Shown here: positions 13,073 through 27,255 of the stretch, one piece after another
Layout: every line of letters starts with the position of its first letter
How positions within the stretch are numbered: the stretch's first letter is position 1
Origin: Octopus vulgaris
Lineage: Eukaryota
Length of the DNA stretch: 64,000 bases
Assembly (NCBI GenBank): GCA_951406725.2
Contig: OX597814.1
Location: 85,808,001 to 85,872,000, forward strand
Reading direction: 5' to 3'
The notes under the pieces: generated by a model
Told to the model about the DNA's origin: nothing
Databases searched by the model: none
What the model saw: the letters and a program-made list of their open reading frames with translations, nothing else
Program-made: the position numbers and the translations under genes

Positions 13073-13466
13073 TTTCTATTACAGGTATAAGGCCTGAAAT
13101 TTGGGTAGGAGAATAGTCGATTACATCGACCCCAGTACTCAAGTGATACGTAATTTATCGACCCCGAAAGGATGAAAGGCAAAGTCGATCTCGGTGGAGT
13201 TTGAACTCAGAACGTAGCGGTAAACGAAATGCCTATTTCTTTACTACCCACAATGGGCTAAACACAGAGGGGACAAACAAGGACAGACAAACGGATTAAG
13301 TCGATTATATCGACCCCAGTGCGTAACTGTTACATATTTAATCGACCCCGAAAGGATGAAAGGCAAAATCGACCTCGGCGGAATTTGAACTCAGAACGTA
13401 GCGGTAAACGAAATACCGCAAAGCATTTCGCCCGGCGTGCTAACGATTCTGCCAACTCGCAGCCTT
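13073..13466 (-). mobile_element. SINE family B, dimeric variant
   Basis: Same dimer and linker (…GGGCTAAACACAGAGGGGACAAACAAGGACAGAC…) as 4935-5331. Confidence 0.75.
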
Positions 13467-13989
13467 AATGCAATTGAAAGTAGTATCATTACGGAGCCTG
13501 TCAATTTGATAGAAATATCTCCTTAATCAGGGGTTTTCAGTTACGATCCTTATGATCCATGGCAGACCGTTATAAGATTTTGGAGGCAGGTGCCCGCAAG
13601 CGAAATGGTAAATTGGGAATTCTCAATCGTATTGTTGTAACTACGTTTCTTTCTCTAATGTTCTCCATTGATAACATGTTTCCGACCACTAAAACATTCT
13701 GCCTGGGAGTATTATTGCAAACCTACACAAGTGAATGCGAATTTCGAAGTAGTATCAATAAAACTGGGTTCTTTTCTCTAAACATCGAATGGCTATGGTT
13801 ATTCACCAGTGTAAAACAGTAAGCAAAATGGTTCCTAAGTAAAACAAAAAAAAAATAGTTCAGAACTACTATACTCGATCCTTCAACTTCCTCTTTTACG
13901 AGTAATCAAAGCCGGCGGCATGTGAATTCAGTTCTTAAAAAAAAAATTAAACAGTCGCAACTAAATATCATTTGATATTTAACCACTTC

Positions 13990-14155
13990 TTATGACGTTA
14001 TGTTCTCAGTTCAAATTCCACCTATATCGACATTTCCTTTCATCGACCCCTTTTCGGGTTCGATGAAATAATTATCAGACAAGTACTGGGATTGATATAA
14101 TCGATTTACCCCCTCCATCAAAAACTGCCGGTTTTATGCCAAAATTAGAAAGAAT
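13990..14155 (+). mobile_element. SINE family B, diverged partial copy
   Basis: GTTCAAATTCCACC...TTTCCTTTCATC...TTCGGGTTCGAT...AAGTACTGGG; similar copies at about 18345-18520 and 23270-23465. Confidence 0.6.
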
Positions 14156-14755
14156 TTTGCAAATCCTAGAGTTTAAGGTTTAATTAAAAGCTGTTTAAGA
14201 TTAGAATGTTCAGACTGGAATTAGTTATTAGTGTTGGGATTTTAATTCAGGACACGGAACAAGGTTTAGTGAATTGATTGAACGCCATGCATTCTTTTCC
14301 AGGTAAGTTTTATTCTAATAATTCTGATGCGACTCTCTATTCTTCTTATTTCTCTTTCGTTTTTTCTCTCTTCCTTTCTCTTATTCTTTTACCTCCTCTC
14401 ACTATTCTACCCTTTTCTCTTTCGTTTTCTCCCTTCCTTTCTCTTATTCTTTTACCTTCTCTACTCCCACTATTCTATCCTTTTACTCTTTCGTTTTCTC
14501 TCTTCCTTTCTCTTATTCTTTTACCTCCCTTCTCTCTTTCTTTTTTCTCTCTTATGCTATATCCAAATCTTTTCCTCTTCCCTTCACAGTTCTCTGTCTG
14601 TCACTCTCTCTCCCTCACTCTTCCTCCTTTTCTCACGTGACTCCCACGTGACCATCGGCCATTTTTCTTCCTTCTTCTAACTTTTGTGTTTCTTTCTTTC
14701 TTCCTGAAGCAGCTGGACAAGGAAGACGCTTCCTACCACAGCCACAATACACACA

Positions 14756-14815
<60 letters not shown>

Positions 14816-14869
14816 ACTGAACGCCACACATACATATATATATAGACAGACAGAGAGACAGACAGACAT

Positions 14870-15350
<481 letters not shown>

Positions 15351-15380
15351 AATATATGTATATTATATATTATATTATAT

Positions 15381-15442
<62 letters not shown>

Positions 15443-15649
15443 TATACAGGACGTCACAAAACGTAAACAACATGAAACACAAAAACATGACAACTTGGGT
15501 ATGCGAACAACGAGAGAGAGTAAAGGAGGAAAAGAGAGAAACAGAGACAGATAGAAAACGGTAAAGGGGAGAAAAAAGAATTAGAGAAAAGAAGAGAGAT
15601 AACGAAAGGCGGGGGAGAGAACAGTACAGGGTATATATATATAACCTTA

Positions 15650-16700
15650 TAAAATGTGGAAACATCAAATTTTGACTTCCGGCATAGTATGATAAAGAAA
15701 TGTTAGGTTTGGATAAAAAGTATAATCAATTATCAATTGGATAAATGAAGCAGAAAAATTTTGTAGACCAAAAGAATGTTTACAAGCAGTTTACAAGAAT
15801 GTTTATTAGTGAAGCAGTTCTCTTTAAGTTTTGTATTTAAAGTCAACTTGACATAAAACCCTTCTACTACTTCAACACAAAGTGAACTTCTATTGAGGAA
15901 AAAACAATAACCATTGCCTTAAAATTTACACAATGTATTTAAATGTTTTAGAAAGTTTTAAGAGCTATCAAAATTCTGTGGTTTTGACGGAAACTGTTGC
16001 AGCTTTCACAACAAATATTCAGAAACGCAAGGAATTATTAAAGTATGCCTAAAAATGTATAGTGGAGACAAAGATCTATTTGGGAAAAAAATATTATAAA
16101 ATTAATTTAGATTTTATAAAATATGTGTAAACTTTGCTGAAACTGATTTAAGAAAAAAATAATTAAAGCTAACAAATTTATTAAATATTTCACAAAATCT
16201 TATTGAAGTTGAAAATAAAAATGCTTAAAAATTATAAAAAGTATTTCAGTTCTAAAGCAGCTGATCTTTTTAAAAAGAAAAATTATTAAACAACTGAAAA
16301 GAAAATTTTTGTTTTAAGAAATGTTCTTTTTTAAGTATGGATTAATATTTTACATCTTTTGAAAATCAAAAGATCTCGAATAAATGCTTGTTAAAAAAAG
16401 TATATAAAGTAATAACTGAAAAATTAGACTATTTGATCATCGTGAAAAATATCTTAGGTAAACGGTCTGGATTTAAGAAATGATTGTGCGAACATGAGTA
16501 GTTATGCTCATGGGAATTATAAAATAATGTTGAGAATTCGCGAAATAGTTCATTGAAAGTTCAGAGGCGGGTATAGAACACAGTAGAAAATGTTTTTAAT
16601 TGGCTAAAAATGGTTAAGATAATTTTTTGCTATGAAATACTTTCTATTCAGTTTGTAGTGTAATTTTTTTAATGCTTATATTCCGGAAAAATTTAAATTA
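15650..16700 (+). mobile_element. very old Penelope-like RT remnant (tentative)
   Basis: A-rich coding-like tract; QLDIKPFY...SIEEKTITIALKF near 15845-15930 resembles the PLE RT motif FDIxxFYPSI...AL.F; many stops. Confidence 0.3.
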
Positions 16701-16809
16701 TAAGAAGTTCCGATCTCTTTATTTCATCGTTATTACACAGTATACGTTCAAAACCAATTTCCTGCGACTGATTGTTTAAGACTATGTTTCTTATACAATT
16801 GATTGCACG

Positions 16810-16856
<47 letters not shown>

Positions 16857-18114
16857 TCACAAAGAGAGAGAGGGGGAAGTGAGAGAGACACAGAGAGTGG
16901 AGATCTATGTATAGTACATATGTATATTTATATATATACATAAATTTGTGTGTGTACATAAACAAAACACACACACACTCATATATATATGAGGAAATCA
17001 ATATCTCACAAACTTCACACTCCGAGTTTTCTCTAGGTATTAAAGATTCATCATATTGATATGCTATGTATCATTTCTTTACAAGTTTTTTTTCTGCTTA
17101 GTTTAGTATATTATGGCTGTCTTGCGGCGATCGCAGTGATATTGCTTGTCTGGTAACTTGTCGAATTTCTTATGTATTTTCTGTATGTCTATATTTCGAG
17201 ATTGATTCTTGCTTTTTGTTGATTAACTTATAATTCTTGTGTCGCGATATTGTAGATCTCTATAGAGCAAAGTTCACAACTTTTGGCAGTTCTAACATAA
17301 ACTTAGGCTACCTCTTTGTTAAGCTACTTCATCGCTTCATTATTTTTGCTATTCTCTTCTAGAAGCCAAATATATTTTGACAAAGCCATTGAATTCTTGC
17401 ATATATTTCAGAGTAAGTTAGTGTAATAACGTTGTTTTCTATGTGACCTCTATAGCCTTTTTTCTGTTTTGACCTTTACATTATTTCTATTAAATGTATT
17501 TTAGCACTTATGGTGAGAGGGAGAAATAGAAGTTCTCCACATTACTAGATTTTATGTTCCTAAAGAACAGAGGGTTAAAACAGATCATATTTCTTCTGTT
17601 TCTGAATATTCTTTTGTTTCTCATGTGTCGCACAAGATTAACCCTGATCAGAAAGGCATTATTATAAGCGTTCCAGTTGTGACAATCCCATCTTTTATTC
17701 AAACGTGCTGTTTCTAGGACCATTTTATCTAAAGTATCCTTCATTTTTAAGAAGGTATGGTTTGATTTGAATGAAATTTTATTGACATTTCTAGCAAACT
17801 CTCTCGTTAGCTTTTATAAATACTTTTTTGTTTACACAAGATTGTGACATTTTATTGTACTTGTTATTCTTTAAGGTGTTGTACTGACACTGGAAGTTTA
17901 TTTATCAGTAGATATGACTCGTATTCTACTATTAATGGTCGCAGTCAATTGACACACCCTGATTCAGTCGAATCTATCCTGTTTCATATCGCATAGTTTT
18001 ATCAGCGTGATTACTTTCCCTTGAAGAAATATTAAATAACAAAGAATTTTCCGAAAACGGAATTTTGAAGTTATTTTAGCAATAATGCATCTCAGGAATT
18101 TACGTAATTTCTGA

Positions 18115-18195
<81 letters not shown>

Positions 18196-18202
18196 CAGCA
18201 GC

Positions 18203-18234
<32 letters not shown>

Positions 18235-18547
18235 CAGTATCAGTAGCAGCACAGCCCCAGATAGACTTGGTCGCATGAATGTATGATGAGATTCGTTGTA
18301 ACCGTAAGTAGCCATCTTTTATTTTTCAGTCACAAGACGGTAGATTGGCAAAATATTTTGAGCAACGGACAAAATATCGTGCAGTATATAGTGACAGCTT
18401 TTTAAGTTCTGAGCTTAAATCTCATCGATATAAACAGCCTTTTTATCCTTCAAGGATCGATAAGATCGATCAAGGAATCAAATACAGGGGTCGATATAGA
18501 CGATTATACCCTTTCCATCAATTTCTCAATTTTTATCGTACTTATGT

Positions 18548-18650
18548 AAAAAAAAATCATCTATCACCCACCCCGACCCCACCAAAAAAAATCATCTATC
18601 ACCCACCCCGACCCCACCAAAAAAAATCATCTATCACCCACCCCGACCCA
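18548..18650. repeat. about 35-nt minisatellite, 3 copies
   Basis: AAAAAAAATCATCTATCACCCACCCCGACCCCACC repeated three times. Confidence 0.9.
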
Positions 18651-19562
18651 ACCTCCGCCTTTGAAGGTGAGAAGGTGAGATTTAAAACAGATTTCGTTGC
18701 TATTTCAATTAGGTCTAGCGACCACGTAGATGTTCTCTGGGTGGTTTCCTAAATCATGTTAGCCATGTCTAAAACATATCCCTTTGGAATTGCATGGGAA
18801 GTAGTTACAACGTACCCGCTTTCCTCTCAAACCATTCGTACTGTAAATAAAAAAGAAATGTTGAAATCGGAACCCGGTCAGAGTTCATTCACCATACATT
18901 TTTACGATCGTTCTACCAAGGCTCTGAATTTCAAAAGCCATTGAATTCTTTAAGCTAAATCGTCCATTTTGGCAGTTTACAATCAAAAGTGAGTGGAGTG
19001 GGTGGTGACGATATTTTTTTTTCTAACAGCCTCACATATGTCGCTGTCAGAAAACAGAGCTATCGGTGACAGATGAACCTAAGTCTGGTTCTATTTATAC
19101 TTTAATTGATAAATGGTGACACACCGGAATATTATGGGTTTCGAATACCACACCCACGCCCTCCAGTCACATCTTCTTAATACGAAATGTGACGTCAGCC
19201 TGAGACACCCACCGTTTTCTTTATATTGCCTAACATCAAAGACACAGCAAAGGTGGTAGTCGTCGTCATTGTGAAAGTTGTGGAGGTAGTAGTGTGAGGT
19301 GCAAGATAGAGAAAGTGATAGCCTATTTCGTCGTTAAGTTCCGAGTGAATTCGGTCTCAAGCTAGGATTTCATTCACAAAATGAATTGTTTCACTTAAGT
19401 ATAAAAGAACTTTATATGTTAGGTGCATATGTTTGTGGATGTGTGTTTGTGTATGGATGAATGCGTGTGTCTGTATGTATGTATGTGTGTATGTATGTAT
19501 GTATGTATGTATACATATATGTGTATATATATACGTGTATATATATATGTGTGTGTATATAG

Positions 19563-19644
<82 letters not shown>

Positions 19645-19735
19645 ATGTGTATGTATGTATTATATATATGCATACATGGGTTTGTCTCTTTCTCTCCCTC
19701 TCTCTCTCCCTCTCTCTCTCACTCTCTCTCTCACC

Positions 19736-19766
<31 letters not shown>

Positions 19767-20260
19767 CTAGCAGTATCGCCCGGCGTTGCTCGGGTTTGTA
19801 AGGGAAATAACTATATAAGCATTTTTAGAGAGTTACTTCCTTTATAGATGCCAATTCGGGCTTTCTTAGCCATTTCTGTTTTGGTGTCTTCAAGCCATGA
19901 AGTCGTTGTTCTAAAAGAACGCTGGTCTCCTTGACAACGCATTACGACGTTGATTTCTTTACACTCCCTTCCCCACAGCTTCACGAGGGAGGGAAGGGGG
20001 AGAAGCAAACAGGTGCAGGTGTGACCATGGACGCCAACTCCGCCGCCATCGACACACGAAAAATTATGCATTAAAATGGAATAAAAAATGATGTTAAATT
20101 ATTTTTAAAATCGTAGACTCATCGTAGACGCGCGCTAATACTCAGATGGGCTCGATATTAATCACGACTATAAGATACCCGAATTTGGTTAAACTGCACC
20201 GAAAAATGTGGGAGGAGTTAGGAATCTAAATCGAAGGGGACAGACACTCACACAACTACA

Positions 20261-20270
<10 letters not shown>
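19767..20270 (-). mobile_element. non-autonomous Helitron
   Basis: Minus-strand 3' end has hairpin CCCGAGCAACGCCGGG followed by CTAG|T (CTAG at 19767-70); the 5' end runs into (TA)n. Confidence 0.7.
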
Positions 20271-20303
<33 letters not shown>

Positions 20304-20558
20304 CATTACAAACATGCGCGCACGCATAGGCATATAAATCATTATGGATATATATATGTATGTGTGTGTGTGTGTGTATATATATACATACATATGCGCA
20401 TATACATATATGCGTGTGTATATGTGTGTCTATATTGTATGCATAAATTTATATACACATATGAGCATATTTGTGCGCGAATTTGTACGTGAGACAGTCC
20501 ATATGTTTTAATCATATAATAATATATACCAGCATACAAACATATACATGTACGTATG

Positions 20559-20605
<47 letters not shown>

Positions 20606-20613
20606 ACACACAC

Positions 20614-20812
20614 ATGACCGCGTGTGTACCGTTGGCGATGTTTTTCCTCTGTCTTCCCTTCTCTGGATCTTTCCTTCTCCTATGTTTCCGACGAAGAGCT
20701 CCGCTCGGAACGTTAAATCCTCCTTCTTTCCTTCTTTCCTGAGCGTCCAATAATATTATATTTGTTCCTCGTCCTCGCGTTGTGTTTTTGTGCTTTTATG
20801 TTTGGATTAACT
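20614..20812 (+). mobile_element. Penelope pLTR-like repeat with a decayed hammerhead (20684-20718)
   Basis: GTTT-CCGACGA-A-GAGC-tcc-GCTC-GGAA-CGTT-AAAT; paralogous to 24290-24498 and flanked by microsatellites. Confidence 0.65.
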
Positions 20813-20889
20813 ATATATATACGTATATCCATGAATATTATTACCATGTATATTTTCTGAGGCCCCATAGTATATATATATATATATTC

Positions 20890-20929
<40 letters not shown>

Positions 20930-21092
20930 CACTCACACAAATATTCTTTTATTCTTTTACTTGTTTCAGTCATTTGACTGTGGTCATGCTGCAGCACCGC
21001 CTTTAGCCAAAGAAATCAATCCCAGAACTTATTCTTTGTGAGTGTAGCACTTATTCTATCGGTCGTTTTTGCCAAAGAGCGATTGAGTAGTC

Positions 21093-21139
21093 ATTGCTGA
21101 CGAGCTCACGACTGATAAGCGGAGCAAGTCTAGTCCAGT
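21093..21139 (+). ncRNA. decayed hammerhead-like motif
   Basis: ATTG-CTGACGA-GCTC...GAGC-(AAGT in place of GAAA)-CTAG-TC-CAGT; stems I and II pair but the GAAA box is destroyed. Confidence 0.35.
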
Positions 21140-21534
21140 AATCTCTAGAGTCTTTCATCAGGAGGTTATATTGTGCGCTTCATACAGCCTTAAAACGTTT
21201 TTTACCTACAATCGTTTTGCAGTATAGGTACTTCGGCATCCTCAAACCCAATAAATGACGATTAAAGTTTTCCTTTTCGGTTTTATATTGGGCCTAGGTG
21301 TTTGATTCAGACACCTTGATACTCTGAGTTTCAAGCGCGATGCATAGGAATTCATAGGAATTTGCATAAATATGCGTTTGTGTGTGTATGTACATATACA
21401 TAACACACACACATACATGCATACATACATATATACGTACATACATACATACATACATACATACATACATACATACATACATACATACATACATACATTC
21501 ATACATACATACATATATATGTGTGTGTTATATA

Positions 21535-21697
21535 GGCGCAGGCATGGGTGTGTGGTAAGTAGTTTGCTTACCAACCACGTGGTTCTGAGATCAGTCCCTC
21601 TGCGTGGCACCTTGGGCTAGTGTCTTCTACTATAGCCTCGGGCCGACCAAAGCCTTGTGAGTGGATTTGGTAGACGGAAACTGAAAGAAGCCCGTTG

Positions 21698-21763
<66 letters not shown>

Positions 21764-21955
21764 CGTTTCTGTGTCTGTGTTTGTCCCCAGATCATCACTT
21801 GACAACCGATGCTGGTGTGTTTATGTCTCCGCAATCAAGCGGTTCGGCAAAAGAGACCGATACGAGAAGTACTAGGCTCACAAAGAATAAGTCGTGGAGT
21901 CTATTTGTTCGACTAAAGGCAGTGCTCCAGCAAGGCCGTAGTCCAATGACTGAAA
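21535..21955 (+). mobile_element. SINE family A, full length
   Basis: Head GGCGCAGGCATGG, CACCTTGGGC block, internal (TA)n(TG)n and tail ATGACTGAAA. Confidence 0.85.
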
Positions 21956-22076
21956 TGCGCGCATGTGTTTATGTATGTACGTCGTGCATTCTGCCTGTGT
22001 TGTGTGTGATAGGTTCAGTGCCATTATAAAGTGTGGCTGTCGACTGGTATATTGTGCCTATTATGTGCATACGCGC

Positions 22077-22107
<31 letters not shown>

Positions 22108-22141
22108 CGCGCGTGTGTGTGTGTAATATACGTGATGTGTA

Positions 22142-22205
<64 letters not shown>

Positions 22206-22349
22206 GTATGTATATATTTCCATATGATCTTTTGATTTGAATATGATACGTCAGTGTTTTGTCTGGCATACTACATTGTAACAAGAGTAGTAACACAACA
22301 CCAATCCCGTATGTTACATGAATGGTGAAGAAAGGGAGAAAGGAAACAA

Positions 22350-22359
22350 GGAAGAAGAA

Positions 22360-22394
<35 letters not shown>

Positions 22395-22518
22395 AGAAGA
22401 AGAAGGAGGAGGAGGAGAAGAAGAAGAAGAAGAAGAAGAAGAAGAAGAAGAAGAAGAAGAAGAAGAAGAAGAAGAAGAAGAAGAAGAAGAAGAAGAAGAA
22501 GAAGAAGAAGAAGAAGAA
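22350..22518. repeat. (GAA)n microsatellite
   Basis: Directly visible; a similar tract lies at 33190-33301. Confidence 0.95.
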
Positions 22519-23039
22519 CGACAACAACAACTGCAATACCGACAGCGACAACAACACCAACAGCAACTATAAGTTCGACTACTGTTACAAGAAAGTAAAA
22601 AAAAAGCATAAATGAGAACGTAAAATTAATATGTTGCTGGTTGTTTCAATCCCAGGTTAGCCCCGTGATCGAGTATATCTTTTAGATCAAAGCCACTCTA
22701 GCCGTGACCATCCCATTTTTTCTCAGAGAGTTCGTCTCAGATTGGTGTTGATAGTGATGTTGGTGTTGGTGTTGGTAGTGGTAGTGGTGGTGATAGTGAT
22801 GGTGGGGGTGGGATGGGAGTGGAGGTGCGGGTGATAGTGGTAGGGATTGTTGCGTTGTATGTAGCGGTAATCATGTTAGCTGTGGGACGGGGCTTTGGTT
22901 ATTGTACGGTGTATTTAATCGCCTATTATTATTCTATACAAAACTAGGATAGATTATAGGAATACTCACTCAACCCGTTTCTTGACAACTACTTTGTTGT
23001 TGTAGATGCTGCTGCCGGTGGCGGCTGTGGTGAGCTTTT

Positions 23040-23240
23040 TTTCAGTCCCATGTCAGCTTTGATCGAGCAGACCTATGATCAATGGTAGTGGGGGTTCCGA
23101 CCTCGATCATCCCAACTCTTTTTGTATAACAGGGTCTACATCGTCTTTTTTTTTTCTGCCTTTGGGCAATAGGTATGATTTGGGTTAGATTTGGCTGCTA
23201 TTTCTAGCATATCGAGTTACTACTCAGATACTTCCTTATC
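23040..23240. repeat. old interspersed repeat, family D
   Basis: TGATCGAGCAGACCTATGATCAA...ATCCC...GATTTGGCTGCTATTTCTAGC; diverged copies near 11305-11495, 17630-17805, 18660-18745, 22645-22720, 25560-25625, 26165-26230 and 35860-35930. Confidence 0.6.
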
Positions 23241-23555
23241 TTATGTCGTCATAGTTGGTGTTGGTGTCATTAAGCCGGACAAAATGCTTAGCGGTATTTC
23301 GTCCGTCTTTACGTTTTGAGTTCAAATGCCACCAAGGTCGGCTTTGCCGTTCATCCTTTCGATATTGATAAAATAAATACCAGTCAAGTACTGGGTCTGT
23401 TGTGATCGACTTTCACCCCATAAAAAAAAAACTACTGGCCCTGTGCCCAAATTCGAAATCGATATTACTAATATTGAGCCCCAAGTCAAAGGCTTTCCAG
23501 CCATGACTTTCCCCTCAATTTTCCTGCTGTGGTAGCTTTAAGGTGACATAATTTA

Positions 23556-23840
23556 TGTGCCAAGTGGTTACAGCGTTGCACTCAAGATCGCACGACTGTG
23601 GTTTCAATTCCTGGACCAGTTTGGGTGTTGTGTTCTTGAGCATAACACTTCATCACACGCTGCTCTGCGATTACTTTGACATCTGATGTGTGGTACACTG
23701 TGCACCTGTTAAGATATTGTAGATCTGATGGAAAGAGTGAACTAACGTACATCACATACATTTGATCACTATAATAATATCATTTGAGCAGGTCATTCTG
23801 CAAGAAATTGCAAAACCGTCTTTCTCAGGACTATGAAAGA
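23556..23840 (+). mobile_element. tRNA-derived SINE family E, diverged
   Basis: AGTGGTTA..., GGTTTCAATTCC box B and TTCTTGAGCA block; the body differs from family C. Confidence 0.55.
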
Positions 23841-23959
23841 CAGCCATCATTATCTAACGTAACTATCTCTATCTGTATATTAATTTCCTTTCTTTTTCAT
23901 ATTTGTTTTCTCTTTTTGTTTCTTTTTATATCTAACGGTTGTTATATCTTTCTCAATTC

Positions 23960-24028
<69 letters not shown>

Positions 24029-24043
24029 ATATATATCTATCTA

Positions 24044-24091
<48 letters not shown>

Positions 24092-24289
24092 AATAATAAG
24101 GGTAGAAAATGATATTAATCAATTAAAACCAGTGGCTTAGCATATTTAAAAGATCCGAAGATTAAAAATTCTGTTACATACAAAATTTAGAGGAATGATC
24201 ACTAAAGTGGACACTCTTTATGCTAAACATAGACGTCAAATTGCCATTACCACGAAGAATGTGGTAAAAAGACAACATATATATATAAA

Positions 24290-24497
24290 TGTGACCGCGT
24301 GTGTACCGTTGGCGATTTTTTTCTTCCGTCTTCCCTTCTTTGGGTCTTTCCTTTTCCTATGTTTCTGACGAAGAGCTTCGCTCGAAACGTTAAACCCACC
24401 TTCTTCCCTTCTTTCCTGATCGTCCAATAATACTATACTTGTTCCACATCCTCGCGTTGTTGTGTTTTCTCTTTGTGTTTTCATGTTTGGATTAACT

Positions 24498-24498
<1 letters not shown>
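24290..24498 (+). mobile_element. Penelope pLTR-like repeat carrying a hammerhead motif
   Basis: Paralogous to 20614-20812; its 3' part also resembles the minus strand of 6365-6440, just upstream of the Penelope body at 5400-6300. Confidence 0.65.
24361..24395 (+). ncRNA. minimal type-I hammerhead ribozyme motif
   Basis: GTTT-CTGACGA-A-GAGC-ttc-GCTC-GAAA-CG-TT-AAAC: perfect stems I and II, palindromic ACGT stem III, GUU triplet ending at 24391. Confidence 0.7.
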
Positions 24499-24529
<31 letters not shown>

Positions 24530-24534
24530 GTATG

Positions 24535-24589
<55 letters not shown>

Positions 24590-24592
<3 letters not shown>

Positions 24593-24808
24593 GAGGTGCT
24601 GCATAGTTCCTGACTTTAAGGATATCGTGAAAGACCTTGTTGGAAGCCAAACTTTCAGAGTTTTTTTACAGGGTTTACAAAATTTGAAGGACTGCTGCAA
24701 TAAGAGTGTGAATCTGAGAGGGGAATATGCTGAATAAAATCATAATTAACTGATCTTCCTGTATTTTCTTTTATGCAAACCCACGATCTTTTAAGCTCCC
24801 CAAAGTAC
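24590..24808 (+). mobile_element. mariner-derived deletion derivative (MITE)
   Basis: Retains a transposase C-terminus-like FLQGLQNLKDCCNKSVNLRGEYAE*; ends are degenerate inverted repeats finishing in TA. Confidence 0.6.
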
Positions 24809-25039
24809 ATGTATATATGTATGTATGTATGTATATATGTATGTATACATGTATGTATGTATGTATGTATGTATGCATGCATGAGTGCATGGATGTACGC
24901 ATTTATATATGTGTATGTGTGTTTGTTTCCTTCACAGCTTGATACCCGGTGCTGGTTTGTTAACATCCCCATAACTTAACAACAGTAACCAACAGAATAA
25001 GTGCCAGACTTTAAAAAAAAGCACTGATGTCGATTGATC

Positions 25040-25465
25040 CAAATTTTAGCACAAGACTAACAATTTTGGGTAGGGGTGGTAAGTCAATTACATCGACCCC
25101 AGTGCTCAGCTGGTACTTGTTTTATCGACCACGAAACATAGAAAATCAAAGTCCCTCGACGAAATTTGAACTGAGAACGTAAAGACGGGCGAAATGCCTC
25201 TAAACAAACGATTCTGCCAGCTAACCCCCTTAAGGCAATAATAATAATAACCTTTTCTATTATAGACACAAGACCTGAAAATTTGGGGGAGGGGGCTCGT
25301 CGATTACACCGACTCCAGTGCTCAATTGGTATTTATTTCATCGACCCCGAAAGGATGAAAGGCAAAGTTGACTTCGGCGGAATTTGAACTCAGAACGTAG
25401 GGACGAACGAAATGCCGCTAAGCATTTTGCCCTGCGTGCAAACGGTTCTGCCAGCTCGCCACCTT
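25040..25465 (-). mobile_element. two tandem SINE family B monomers (25040-25236 and 25251-25465)
   Basis: Both carry ATCGACCCC...AAAGTC...GAATTTGAACT and CTGCCAGCT..CCTT, separated by (AAT)n. Confidence 0.75.
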
Positions 25466-26379
25466 AAGTTAATAAGTAATAATAATAATAATGATAATAA
25501 TAATGACAATAATAATAATAATTAGAATAATAATAATTACAACAACAACACAATGGAGTGTGAGTTGCGGGAGATTTGGCTGTTATGTTTAGTTTGTCAA
25601 TGACAACTTTTGAGAGGCTCCCTTCTCCCGTGTTGGAGTCAGTACTGTGATGATGGTGTAGCGGTCGTGTAATGTGTGTTTGCTTCAACCATGGTTGTAT
25701 ACTGTTGTTGTTGTTATTGTTGTTGTTTCTGTTGCTATAGTAGTTATTGTTGTTGCTACTATTGTTACTGTTATTATTGTTGTGATATTTGTTATTGTTG
25801 TTATTTGAGTTGTTGTTATACCATTGTTGTTAATTGTTGATGTTTTTGTTGTCAGTAACGTCTTTGTTGTTCTGTTTGTTCGTTTTTGACTGATTGCAAA
25901 GATTTGTCTTCTACGGACATCCGGGTCAATTAATTACCTATCAGTGGCTAATTATGGGGTATCGTTACAGTTTCAAATGGAGTGAGGTGGTCGTTGTGTG
26001 TTGCATACTCAAACAGACGTGACAGAGGTGGTGGGCAGATGCTACCGGAAGACTATGGTGGTCTGGTTAATAGAAATGGTAGGAAGTAGAAAGATTATGA
26101 CCGTAGAGATGGTGGGAATCGATTACAAGACCTGTTATTGTTGTTGTTGTTGTTGTTATTTTTCATCCCAGGGTCAAACCTAATCAAGCAGATATATAAT
26201 CAAAGACACACCAGCTGCGATCAACTCGCCTTTTTAAGTGTATGGTATGCAGTAGCAGTCCTCAAACTTCGCTTTTTCTCACCACATACTGGTTTCATGC
26301 AAGACAATTTTTCTGCGGATCTGGGAATCATAGGTATAACAAAACACAGTAAAGTGCATAATATATCATTCAATTATTG

Positions 26380-26458
<79 letters not shown>

Positions 26459-26465
26459 ATATACA

Positions 26466-26702
26466 CAGGGTGGCCCAAAAGTAGGTTTACAGTTATTCAA
26501 CTATCTCTTTCGCATTTATATATTAGCGGTTTAGATCATAAATTATTAAAAAAAATATGAAACCATTATTCTATGCTAATTCAGTTAATTTTGTCAAGCT
26601 CCCTTTTCCGGTTGTAAGATAGAAATTTAAATGTAATAAAATGTTTTAAAAGAAATTAAAAATGCCTATGTGATAACTGTAAACCTCCTTTTGGACCACC
26701 CT

Positions 26703-26703
<1 letters not shown>
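26466..26703. mobile_element. Tc1/mariner-type MITE
   Basis: About 29-bp TIRs CAGGGTGGCCCAAAAGTAGGTTTACAGTT / AACTGTAAACCTCCTTTTGGACCACCCTG|TA; a related solo end lies near 29246. Confidence 0.85.
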
Positions 26704-26775
<72 letters not shown>

Positions 26776-26789
26776 ATCGTTAAAGAGGA

Positions 26790-27255
26790 CAGAGTTAATT
26801 TGCTCCCGGAGACCTCTCGAAAAACAAAAACTCGTAAATAAATGGTAATAAAACAACAGCAGAATGTAAAGAATATTTTATGTAAAATAAAGAGAATGTC
26901 AATATCATTTATTATAAAAAATATTTATTATTATAATCGTTTTCTAAATCACTTTCATTCGCACTAGGCTCGCGCATACTATCACCTGTAGACGCGATCG
27001 CCGATTCACAAGCACTCGTAGATTTCTGTTTAAAAAACAAGTCTAGAGTTGTTTGCTTAGAAGAAACTTTTTGCACTCTCTGCAAATTTCTCGGTAATAC
27101 GCAGCAGAATTTGTTATGGCAGTAGAAAATTTTGCACTTCATTCAAAATTTGGATCTTGTGCTTGAAAAATTTCAGCTCATCATACAAAAGTGAGCTGAA
27201 AAATAAACTCGTAAACCCGGGATCCGGTAAAGCGAGTCCTCGTAAAGTGAGATAT
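26790..27255 (-). mobile_element. possible pogo/Tigger-like remnant
   Basis: Minus ORF contains KQTTLDLFFK, a typical pogo/Tigger transposase C-terminal motif; termini unclear. Confidence 0.35.

Noticed and set aside
18548-18650. CRISPR-like repeat spacing
   Set aside because: Head-to-tail units with no unique spacers, eukaryotic context and no cas genes.
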